Part shown: positions 1-14,938 of the stretch, piece after piece
Position numbering within the stretch: the first letter of the stretch is position 1
Layout: each line of letters starts with the position of its first letter
Origin: Ylistrum balloti
Taxonomy: Eukaryota
DNA length: 64,000 bases
Assembly (NCBI RefSeq): GCF_031769215.1
Contig: NW_026782195.1
Location: 992,001 to 1,056,000, forward strand
Direction: 5' to 3'
Made by a program: the position numbers and the translations under genes
Notes under the pieces: model-generated
What the model saw: the letters and a program-made list of their open reading frames with translations, nothing else
The model's database searches: none
What the model was told of the DNA's origin: nothing

Positions 1-1172
1 AAAATAATGACATTGCTAGCACTATGGTGACTAGTCCTTCTTAATGACGCAATGCCAACCACTATTTCGAAGATGCCGGAAGTTATCAGCCACGGAAAGG
101 AAAACCGCGTATCAGAAATGATATTGATGACGTAACTAGCAAATGTGGTAAAACAAACAATATTCAAGGAATACATTAAAAGTAAATGATCCCTGTGAAT
201 TGATGTATTTGGCGAGTTTGTTTCAGTTTTCAAATTGTCCGGAGATACAAAGTTTGAGCGTTTATAATGTGAAGTTACGTTTGAAAAACAGAAATAAAGA
301 AAAATCAAAGTGAGCAAAACATGAAGAACCCCCGTTCCTTGTACACTAACAAACAAATTAATTATTTCAAACGTAAACATGACCAAACAAATAAGCGAGA
401 CTGCAGCGCATGACCGGAAGTCCTTGCTTGTTAGAGAAGTACCTAGGTAAACGAGAAACACCAACATGAGACCTCCATAACCCGGAAACAAGGTTTCGTG
501 AGCAGAAACATAGTGCTCGGACGATTGATTCTGTGAATAGTTGACCTCTGTCCAAATGTGATTGACCCCAACGCTTGACCAGAGCACTGCCAAACAAAGG
601 ACCACAGACTGAAGAAGCTGTCTGTGTGGGGAGGGTGACGTCACTCCTGTAACATAACACCCAGTTATGTAAAATGTAGTCTTGAATATTTCCCCAACTT
701 AATATAATCTATATCACCAGCTAAAATCTTATCATATGTTTGTAAGAGTGCATATGTTGTGGTATTTGAGACGCAGTGGAATCGGCATTAAACTGTCATA
801 GTAAGTGATTTAAAGATCAAAGTCATAAAAAAAAGTTTCGATGAAAGAAATATATCTTACACAGTGCTAATTAAACAAAATGGAACCATTCTGAAATATT
901 TGGTGGATCAGAATTTAAAATGAGAGGTGAAGAAAGCATATCAAAGTCGTTCACAAAATCAGATATCTATATTACTTATATGTAGACAATAAAAACTTAC
1001 CAGTGAGTAGGATAGCCAATGAGAACACTAACAGCGAAACACCATACGGAATATTGGTTATTACAGCATTGGATCGCTTTGTTGTGATAGTATTGACACT
1101 GGTGAGAGCAAAAAGGAGGCTGACAAGTAAAAATCCGGACGCAGCGGCGGAGTCCACTTCGTTGCCACTCAT
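1..1172 (-). CDS. Multi-repeat GPR1/FUN34/YaaH (SatP/AceTr)-like membrane protein, divergent paralogue of the gene at 1674; 3'-partial. Exons 1172-1001 and 646-<1
   Basis: ATG at 1172 (aaaATG), perfect donor G|gtaagt at 1001/1000, acceptor ttacag|G at 647/646, phases 1/1. The frame stays open to position 1 (about 272 aa: MSGNEVDSAAASGFLLVSLL...GVTSPSPHRQLLQSVVLCLAVLWSSVGVNHIWT...LMYSLNIVCFTTFASYVINIISDTRFSFPWLITSGIFEIVVGIASLRRTSHHS). It aligns by eye to repeats 1 and 2 of the neighbouring gene. Confidence 0.8.
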
Positions 1173-1673
1173 TTTGGTATCGTTTCCACCTCGATTGGAT
1201 CTAGAATGACGCCACACTTATATATCAAAGACAATAAGGTACCAATGGAGGAAACGCCTAATCGGTCATAGGTACGCCATTATTTCATCAAAGAGCGCTT
1301 GGTTTTCTAAAAATACATACAACGGCAGTTTCTTCCTGGTTCGTGAAAGTCGACTATGATTGGTTTTCAGTTATCTATATATATATAAGGGTGGAGTTTT
1401 TAAAATGGTTCAAGGAATGTTTAATTATTTATCATTGTCTAGTTCCGGGTCTTTATATTGCGCTGCCTAAAGAGACATAGATAATATTGTAGTTGGTGGG
1501 CGGGAATTGGGAACGCCCCCTACCATAAATGAAGCCATATTCACTTGAAAAGTACTGGAAAACGGTCATTGATATAAATTGTTGCTTATCGTGTACATAA
1601 GCTATCAAAGAAATCCGAATACACAAAACGACAATTCTGATCGCAAAAGAACATCAAGGTTCTGTGTATAAAG
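1173..1673. promoter_or_regulatory. Putative bidirectional promoter between the two divergent AceTr-like genes
   Basis: 501 bp between opposing ATGs. TATAAAT 1573-1579 (+), TATATAA about 1225-1219 (-), CCAAT about 1242 (+) and about 1359 (-), GGGCGG 1498-1503. Confidence 0.55.
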
Positions 1674-4600
1674 ATGGAGGAGACTCGAACGAGCGGGCGC
1701 GGTGTTCCCTTCGCGTCAATACTATACAGTGAGCCCGGGGCCCTGGGGCTTATGGCCAATATCATGTCTGCCCTGATAGTGGCTATGGGAAACATGACGG
1801 TAGGGGACGAGACAAAACTCACTCTCATCATTGCAGGTAAGCCATACGAATGCTTCTGTTGTTTAGTGTAAAATACATGTATGTGGGAGCTGATGTATTG
1901 GGTTTATAACCACGGAATTAGATATAGAACTAAGTCTGTGATTATAACTCAACAAAACGTTTGTATTTAGGCTTTGGTGTTTATTAATTAGATGTATATC
2001 TATTTTTCACGACTAAATCGATACATATAATGAAATTAGCAACATGTTTGCAAATCAATTTATCTTCAATAGATAGACAGTACCACATATACATATAACA
2101 TATTTGGTAGGAAAACTATGCTTAAATACTTGAAATATTAGTGAAACCTAAAAATACATTTGCTTACTTATTGCAAACGTACTTAAAACGTTGATAGCAG
2201 AGGTATCGAATTGAAACAGGAAATGTACGGTAGCCAAGGTAACGATATATATTATAATCATGTTTGCTGACAAAGCAAGTGAAACGTAGGAGTCATGACG
2301 AGATAATGTAAATATAAACTTTAGCTGTCAATTTTTTTTATTGTGAGCATCATGAAATGTGTCTTGAATTCCAAAACACGTCAAAACGACAAAATTATTT
2401 ACCTAACTTTTACTATAGTGCGCTCTACTAAATAATACGTAATATCAAAGGAATTTTTTTTCCGGAGTAGGGTATTTGCGTTGCCAAATCATTTAATTCA
2501 AAATTAACATATAATTTGAAAATTACACTCATTTTGAAATAATCTTGAAATGGAAAATGTTGTAACTCGACATAATCAAATAAATGCGAGATAGTTTGTG
2601 TTTTATTGTTGTTCATACAAGGGAGATAACTCCAACAGAAAGTAACAATTTCCTCATTCACGTCATTTATTCATTTGTTACTTATTATCTACATATTATA
2701 AACTATGTCAGAAAACCACATACCTTAATTTGAAGAGACCAAGTTGTGTTTATACAGTGTAATATATTGGGACTCGTTATCGTGAAAAAATGTTGTTTTG
2801 ATTCACAATCAAATTTTTTGGAGTACAATATATGAAATATTCACACTTAAATATTTGCTATCAATATTTCTTTTTTAATAACATGGTTTTCAATGCAATG
2901 TAGAATATTCTTATTCTAAAAATAGAACATGTTTTCATCGTTATTTCACGCTTTTCAGTCGATAATCGGTAAAACTCTGAGACAAAATGTTTGTTTCTGA
3001 AGGGTCTCGATCAAGATATAATTTCATCAATTTTTTTTGACATTTAATATACTTAATTTTCAAGGCATAACTTGATTTTGATTTACTCAAAGAAGTTCAG
3101 ATGTAAATATAATAAATACAGTAAAGATCACGTGTCACTGTTTCATGATTGTCGGTATGAACAAGAAGACTGTAACGCGGATGTTACCGAGCGCTTTTCT
3201 TCTGTGTTCAACACTGAAATTATCAATCCCCCTTAAGTTCCGCAGATAGCTGTGATGATTCAAAGGCAAATGAAGAAATGTTCTTTATAGTGAATAAAAC
3301 GATATATGTGTCACCACGACATCTGTTGCATTTTAAGGCTAAATTTGTTATAAAAAACATCAAGAAATACCAGCATGGCAACATAATGATGATTCAAACT
3401 CAAATTTCATACAACTAGGACAAAATATTAACAAAAGTTAGGTTTACACGAAGACTTTTGAAAACGAACAGGGAGAATAAGAGCAAGTGTTCCGGAAGAG
3501 TGAGCGTCTTCTGCATCATCGACGACACTTGCCATGTAAACCTTGGTTAATCCAAGTAAGTTGTGTCACTTTCTCAAATGAGAACAAGGTATACAACAAC
3601 GGAACCAACAGGCAAACTAACGAGCATCAAATACGTCCAGCTTCACGTCGCACAAAGAAATAGAATATATCTCAACGAGATCACTTTTTCAGCTTATAAA
3701 TCTTCCCCATAATTTTCATCAACCTGCATCTTTTGAACCCTTGAGTGACGAGTTTGTCAGTCAGGTGACGACGTCTTGCAGGAAATCGTGATAATTGGAA
3801 GAGGCCCTTAAATATCGAATCAACTGTGATATGTAAATATCATATGCTGGTATAGAATGTTACAGTAACGTCTAGCGACAATTGATATATACTTTATTGC
3901 TTTCAAATTATTGTAGTCTAATGTTATATCAATGTAATACAGACAAAACATTTACTTGTAGGTGTCCATCTGATACTGATAGGGGGATTTCTTCAACTGG
4001 TGGCTGGACTCTTGTCCTTCAGAAGAAATGACCACCTAACTGGAACAGCCTTTGTAGTATTCGCCTCCCTGTGGTCATTCCAAGGAATAACGTACATACT
4101 GACCACAGACATACCGGACCTAAATGGAGCTGTCCTGTCTGGTCTGGTAGGCTACATGACCGTAGCAGTGGTTCTCTTTGTCTGCTCCTTGTTCGTCAAC
4201 TATATTCTACCTCCTGTACTAGCTGCGATGCTACTTACATTAGTATTTGAAGCCGCAGGTTTATTCTTCCTTTGGGCAAAGAGGGTAGCAGCTGCCTTTG
4301 AACTTTTCATTGTCTTCACGGCCGTGTATGCTGTCGTTGTCATGACCACCAAGGGCGTCAGCCAGAGGTATGTTTTACCGGGGTTCGGAAACGCACCCAT
4401 CGATCCCTTACTTATCCGAACATCGGCCATAGGTAAAAAGAAGAACGAAAAAAGAAAGAATACAAAGTATGCGGAGCCGATGGGTTTGGGATACCTTGCC
4501 AATATCGTGCCAGCTGCTGTGCTGAGTTTCTATAGCCTGGGATATTTCACTGACTTCAGGCCTGCAATGGGTCCCTTGATGTGCAGCAGTCTTTGTCACA

Positions 4601-7600
4601 TTGTTTCTAGTTACTATGCCTTCTTAAGACAAGACTACTTCCATTCTGTACAATTCATCTCATACTTCATCTTCTGGATCAGCCGAGGAGCCGAAGCATT
4701 TCTCGTAACCTTTGACATTTCAGGCGATGCAGACACCATTTTAGATTACTACGGTCTGTGGGGTATGGTGTTGGTTCTTGTTGCAATATTGGTGGCTTCG
4801 ACAACGCAGAGTGTCGTTGTTTTCCTTTACAATCTCCTCTTAACAGTCATAGCCATTCTATCTGTGGAGCATATACCTGGATCAGTTCGTAACTACACGT
4901 TTGGGGTGTCGTCTGCTGTCCTCGCTCTCGCCAGCGTATACATCTCGATCGCACATCTTCTAAACTCAACAGCGGAGAAGGCTGTTGTCTATGTGGGACC
5001 AGAAATCATAGCTGCCGAGAAACTTCAACGTGCCTTTGGATGTTTCCAGTGAGTAAGACCTTTAAGTACAATATGTGTGAAATTGTCTTATATCGCAATT
5101 ACTGTTCGCATTGTTGCTTTTTTTATGAGAATTTGTCAATGTTCTACTGAATTCAAACAAGATAACCATGTATATGTTTTAGTTTGAAAAAAAGAATTCG
5201 GATTAATATTCGAAAGGAAGATTTTAAATGTACATATTATCATTTATATCGCATTAACAATCCTTAACGGCGACATTCAACTTCAACAAAAACTACTGCT
5301 TCTAAAGAATCTGTGTTTGAACTGTTACATGATATTTGATATCAAATCACACCTTACATTTTCTAATCAAGTAAAAAGACAGAAGAAATTGATGAATCAT
5401 GCGGTCCAATGGACAGCGATAAAGACTTAAATATGGTGGATTCCGTAGCCTTTCTAGCCAACATGGTGGCTTCCGTGGCGTTATCTCCCGCCGAGGTCTC
5501 AGATGGACAGAGTGCTCTCCCTTGGCTTCTTGTGGCGGGGGTATTCATCAACATATACTGCGCACGCCTTGCATATGCTGCCGGAAGTTTGGCCAGAGCT
5601 TTCATGATGGTAGTTCTGGCACTTCTATGGGGAACATGGTCTCTGGTGTTTCTGGAAGGTATAAAATACTAGCACCACAGATGTAATGGTTCTATACTTT
5701 ATTATCAACGTGTTCAATACATCAGGTTTTTATGATCACGTCTACAAAATATCACGGTAATTGACTTAATTCAATATATATTCTGAAACCACACGCACTT
5801 CATGTAAATGTTATTGTGTAATGACTGAATTATATATTTAATATTGTACAGGCATCGAGGTGTCCCAGACAAAGGCTGCTGCAATAGGTCTGCTTTGTTT
5901 ACACACATTTTCAATGCTGATGACAACCACATTCTCCAGGGTGTGGATGGTTTTCGGTTTGAGTGTGGAGATAAACATTATAGCTCTCGTGCTCCAAGTT
6001 TTCGATGTAAGCAGTCAGTACATGGCACTGATCACGTCGCTTCTCGTTGGTAAGTATGTCACATAACCGTTCGAATTGTTGTACCCTATTTCTTTGTGAC
6101 CTTCATCAAGCGACTTCTTTGTACACAATTAAAAATTAAAACTGATTTCGTTCAAAGTTTGGTTCCGGGATCCATTCAACATAGCAAACATCAATCTATA
6201 TTATAGAAAGAAAACAGTAAGAGTGGGTGAAAAAATTGCTTGCTTATCAAGAAAAAATTAAATTGTGTCAATGAATATAATTGTTACGTGTCATCATTAT
6301 TTCTGTCTCCATATGTTTTAGGTATTGTTGGATTGTACGGAACTCTCTCGGGAATCTTGAAGGGAGTCATTGACAGTGATGCGTTACCAAAAGGCAAGCC
6401 CATCATAAAGGTACATGCTAACTTAAACAAGCTAAATTAGTTTATATCATTTATCACTGTAATACAAACAGTGTCACAATATCTCATATTTAATTATCTC
6501 ACACATTAAAAAAACAATTATCACGTAGAAATATTAGAATTATTTTTTAGCTATGACTGAACCTAAATTTGGCCATCAGATATGATTCCTCATGGGAAAG
6601 CAACATTTTTTCTTTCATAAAATATGGAAATTTGTGGCCGAGGAAATCGTTAATGAACTGTTTTCTAAAAAAAATCATTTAGCCTAAAGAAGAGACACAG
6701 GAGGAGAAATTGCCTTGCCAAATGATTCCCTCGCGAAAATCTTCTGCCCTTTGGAAGGCAGCCAAACTCCTTGACGAAGGCCACGTGATCGGTGTACCAA
6801 CAGACACGGTGTACGCCCTGGCATCATCATGTAAGGTTCCCAAGTCTGTCAGTGATATCTACCACATCAAGGGCAGGCCAGCCGAGAAACCTATCTGTCT
6901 TTGTATATCAAACCTTGACCAATTGAAAGAGGCAAATCCTCCGTTCAGGTACTGCATGTGTTTCTATTCGAGTCTAAATTTAACAGGCCTGTGTTGTTTA
7001 ACAGCTACACACGTATAAGTTGATGATAAAATGTTAAAATTTTGCCACAAGCAAATCAATGTTACTATTGAAGCGAAATTACATGAATTGTTCCTCGATC
7101 CTGTCTTGCAACGATAAAGATGAGATCTTAATTATATTCATTTGTTTTGAAAACAAAACATTCAAGCTACATTGGTTTATTTAGCGATCTTCTGTGGCGG
7201 TTTATGGACAAATGTTACCCCGGGGGCATCACCTGTGTGGTACCGAAGGGGGAGTGGCTAGCGAGGCTAGGAGTGGGTGATGCTGTCGAGTACGTTGGAA
7301 CTAAAGAAAGCGTGGCTATCCGAGTACCCGACTCTTCTGTGCTCTCCTACCTCACAAGCATTTCTGGTCCTGTGGCCTTGACCTCGGCCAATCCAAGCGG
7401 GGAACCAGACAGTTTACATCACGATAGGGTTATAGACACACTAGGTATGCACTAGTGATTGACTGACATCAATAACCCTTCTGTTGACATTTTCACAAAT
7501 TCATAATTAACGATAATATATATAGTGTATTATGCCGGTTCTTGAAGATCTCAAAAAGGTTATGGAAACGCATATGTTAGCGGACACTTAAATATTTGTC

Positions 7601-8427
7601 TCTTTATGATCGCAGTGTACAACCATCAGAGTAAATCCTGACACCAAAACATTCTAGTACATTACTGATAAACAATTATGATAAATTTATATGTTGATAA
7701 GCAAATGAAGTGTGTTCAGTCAGCCGAATCAAAAGTGGATTTGGTTGTTGGAATTTTTTTCTTGATCCAATATTAAAAACAACATTCTTAATGATGTCAA
7801 ATTATGTAATACTAAAAGGAGGTTACAAAATGTTTCTATCTATTTTTCAAAGGACACAAACTAGCAGCGGTAATCTGTGATGATGAATCTAACGAAATAG
7901 TGGCATCAACTGTCGTCAACTGTGCCAAGATAGATGAAGGTAAATGACTCGTTTTTCGTTGTTCATCAGTGTCAAGTGAGATAAAAAAATAACAACTTTT
8001 GTCGCTCAGCTAGTCACCCCTGTCAACAAAAGTCGCCAAGTGAAGTTCAATTGTTAACTGCCTTGTGACTAGGAGATCACATATAGCTTAGTGGAATACA
8101 TTTAATGAGTCACTGCTGACATAAACAATCGTTAATTTGATTCTAGATATTAAGGTCCCTTGTGTTTTGATATAGGAACATTAATTAATTAGAAAACTAA
8201 TCCGTCCCTGCCTTGTAACCAGCTAAAGGCAAAATTAATTCCGATGTCTTTCAAAAAAGTACGTATATTTTGTCAAACTGGTTGATATTTCAGGTGTGAT
8301 TTCCTACTTTCGGATAGGCTGTGTCCCGAAGGAGCGCGTGGACCGATTGTTCGAACAAGCCAAATCAGAAATAAATGGGGAGGCGACGACAGTTAACATG
8401 AGTCAACAATCACTACACTTATCCTGA
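1674..8427 (+). CDS. About 856-aa fusion protein: three tandem GPR1/FUN34/YaaH (SatP/AceTr) domains plus a C-terminal YrdC/Sua5 domain. Exons 1674-1836, 3962-5048, 5372-5658, 5852-6049, 6322-6410, 6683-6948, 7185-7444, 7853-7939, 8294-8427
   Basis: All eight introns are GT-AG with matching phases (1,2,1,1,0,2,1,1). CDS is 2571 nt with no internal stop. Repeat 1 SEPGALGLMAN...GGFLQLVAGLLSFRRNDHLTGTAFVVFASLW matches SatP ANPAPLGLMGF...[31 protein letters not shown] (SatP recalled from memory). Repeat 2 starts KYAEPMGLGYLAN, repeat 3 MVDSVAFLAN. Each repeat ends in a SatP-like tail (YVLPGFG / VVYVGPEII / ALPKGKPII). Confidence 0.85.
3473..3830 (-). mobile_element. Interspersed repeat fragment (family A; probable non-LTR/Penelope-like element end) in intron 1
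   Basis: Near-identical block AGAACAAGGTATACAACAACGGAACCAACAGG.AAACTAACGAGCATCAAA.ACGTCCAGCTTCA shared with about 31137-31200; diverged copy at 44595-44910. Class assignment is inference. Confidence 0.7.
6683..8427 (+). CDS. YrdC/Sua5/TsaC (threonylcarbamoyl-AMP synthase-like) domain; exons 6-9 of the fusion gene
   Basis: Family motifs in order: GHVIGVPTDTVYAL, IYHIKGRPAEKP (KxR), YPGGIT, VAIRVP, LTSANPSG (SxN), STVVN, RIG. Confidence 0.92.
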
Positions 8428-8531
8428 ATGATACGAGGGTCGGAAAAATTGTTCAGTCGAGAGCATGTTGTTAATGGGGATGGAAATGTTTTTTTGTTTT
8501 ACACTGTTGATTAATTGTTTAACACGTTCAC

Positions 8532-8537
8532 AATAAA
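8532..8537 (+). terminator. Candidate polyadenylation signal of the fusion gene
   Basis: AATAAA about 105 nt after the stop codon. Confidence 0.5.
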
Positions 8538-8829
8538 CTTTCGTTCAACTAGTTTGATTTTGCGTTTGATGTAACAGAAGATACAACATACTGCGATGAT
8601 TTGTTGCTTTGTTTTAAATGCATTGACAGTGTAATTGTGTTTTAGCAAACTTCCTCGATTTTATTTTAAGGAAATTCACAACTCTCAGTAAGAATAAAAA
8701 AAATTAGACCTAATGAAAGCGAAATCTGGAAAAAAATTAAAACGATCATTGGACAAGTTTATATTAGACGTAACCCTTAATAACCTAATACCGACATGTT
8801 CTGTAAGGGCATGGACTCTTGGACTCAAA

Positions 8830-9320
8830 AAACAAGAGGCCAAACGGGCCTACAACGTTCACCTGGGTAATTTAGCTATTCAATAAAGAATTTGAAATAT
8901 GAAAAAAAATGAAATAATTTCCCTATCGGGTCCCACCCTTCTGGTCAAACAGAGGACAGATTAACTATTCATTTAAATTGCTTCATACCAAACTTGGACA
9001 ATGTTCTTATATGGAAGAAGGATGCACCGTTCATACAGAACTTATTTCCCTTCATTCAAGAATACTTCAGACCAAATTTGGGCAAAATCCAATCATTCCT
9101 ACAGGAGGAGTAGGATTTTAAATAATTTGCTCTTTTTCCCCTATTGGGCCCCGCCCTCCATCGCAAGGGACCAAGACTTGATTCCTCTTCAGGCAAGAAT
9201 TGTTCACATGAAATCTGTGCAATATCCATTTATTCCTATAAGAGTAGTCGGATTTTTAAGACCTTCCGCTTTTGGGTCCTGCCCCTAAGGCCACATGTGA
9301 GCTGAGAACTAAAATCAAAA
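8830..9320 (+). mobile_element. Non-autonomous interspersed element (family B; mollusc Helentron/HINE-like)
   Basis: Starts AAACAAGAGGCC...GTTCACCTG and ends ...GTGAGCT...AAAA. Internal CTTCAGACCAAATTTGGGCAAAATCC matches the reverse complement of about 21955-21980 at 24/26. Family name comes from recollection of bivalve repeats. Confidence 0.55.
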
Positions 9321-10129
9321 CTTGTTAATAACTGAATTTGTTAAAAGTCCATGATGAAAGTATGGTTGAATTCAGTCTTTTTCTAAATATATTGAAAACA
9401 GTTGATGCAATCAGTCATTGTCGAACATAGTTTAATCTTTGCATGTATGCAACTATATACACTAAACATGGAAACATTCATGTGGTAAGCATATATAATA
9501 ACCGACCCTTCACAAAACTCAAGCTCGGATGTAAATTTGTACTTTCTCGGGCAAAAGCTAGTGCGATCGGTTGTCCCGCCAAAGGAGAACCACCCTCTCT
9601 ATCCTGTAGGGCCTCCGCTCTTCTCTTCTCCTCTCGCTATCACATATCACGTCACGTGATCACGCGAAACGTTTGGGCCAAGAAAATGCTCTACTCTAAG
9701 ATTAAGACTCGATATGATTTTGATTGCTATTACAAATCTTTTTAATTGTCCATACAAAATAAATGCAGATCTTAAAAGACAGTAAAATAGTTAGCAAATG
9801 CCAGCGACAAAACATCCGACATATAACCAAGTCTAGCGATTTCCTACATCCTTACTATGTATATAGGAAGGGTGAAGAAAAACAGGATCAGTACCGTCTC
9901 CTGCCTGAAAAAGAGTTTTTGTCAGGAAGTCATAATTCAGCTAAAGTAACGGAATACATTGTCCGACATATGAGTGATCTAAATATTCAGAACTTTTATC
10001 ACGACTTTTTAAAAATAATTTGAGACTTCTATGAAGTTTTTGACTATAACAGAGTTCTGAACTCAAGATCCCGTAAGATAATTGGACACATCCGTTAGCT
10101 TGTTGACACGATACAGTTCTGAACTCTAA

Positions 10130-14214
<4,085 letters not shown>

Positions 14215-14924
14215 TCACGGCCGACAGTGTGATAACGCATATGTTGATACATGCGGAAAAATTAATATATTGAATTTAATTTGCATTTGTAAATCAACAA
14301 ATTCACATTATTACATTTAAGTACAAATAAATGTGTGATGGATCGATGCTTGGATTTATAACACTGAGGAGAGATATGGATAGGAACAATCTATCTACTT
14401 ATAAACTATGAGGTAGGTTACCATCCTACCTGTTGTAGCTATATTACAGACAATACACTGATGTCACTAGAGACAATAGAGGTGTGCTTTTATCCAGCAG
14501 CTGCCATTATTGGAACACACACGTCACCGAAAACTGCTGTATTCAACCACGTGCATTTATTTGACAGAAAATTTCCTGATATAGATAACTGTTTAAAAAG
14601 CGGCTTTCACGATTGTTAAAAAACAAGTTAATTTGAGAAATACATTTTAGTGTGTTTTAATTTCCACGTAAATGCTTAAAGGAATGTTTTATAGGTCAGA
14701 ATTTTTTTTAACTTGACAATAGGTCGAAATTAAACAGTCCGTTCCGCGTGAAAGTTCCGGCGAGCCAGCTGTCGAAGGCAGATCACATATGCAGTTTGTT
14801 AGTTTCATTTTAATAGTGGTATATTTTAATCACTTTGAATTTTAATTTTCAAGACAATGCTATTTATAGGCGAGAAGGTGAAATCTACTATAGTTCAAAG
14901 TTCATCGCACATTCTGTTGGGGAA

Positions 14925-14938
14925 GCACCAGGTGGCGC
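14925..14938 (+). promoter_or_regulatory. CTCF-like motif upstream of GLOD5
   Basis: GCACCAGGTGGCGC, one mismatch to CCASYAGRKGGCRS. Confidence 0.35.

Noticed and set aside
635-644. Perfect CRE palindrome GTGACGTCAC, and ETS-like CCGGAAGT near 76 and 414
   Set aside because: They lie inside the inferred coding exon of the minus-strand gene and are explained by codons.
367-660. 97-aa minus-strand ORF in the track
   Set aside because: Wrong frame; the overlapping frame (GTG at 644) is open to the window edge and is homologous to the neighbouring channel gene.
1003-1209. 68-aa plus-strand ORF
   Set aside because: Antisense shadow of exon 1 of the minus-strand gene.
4000-5052. 350-aa ORF as a stand-alone bacterial-type transporter or contamination
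   Set aside because: It has no ATG start, is bounded by canonical splice sites and joins in phase to flanking exons; the context is eukaryotic.
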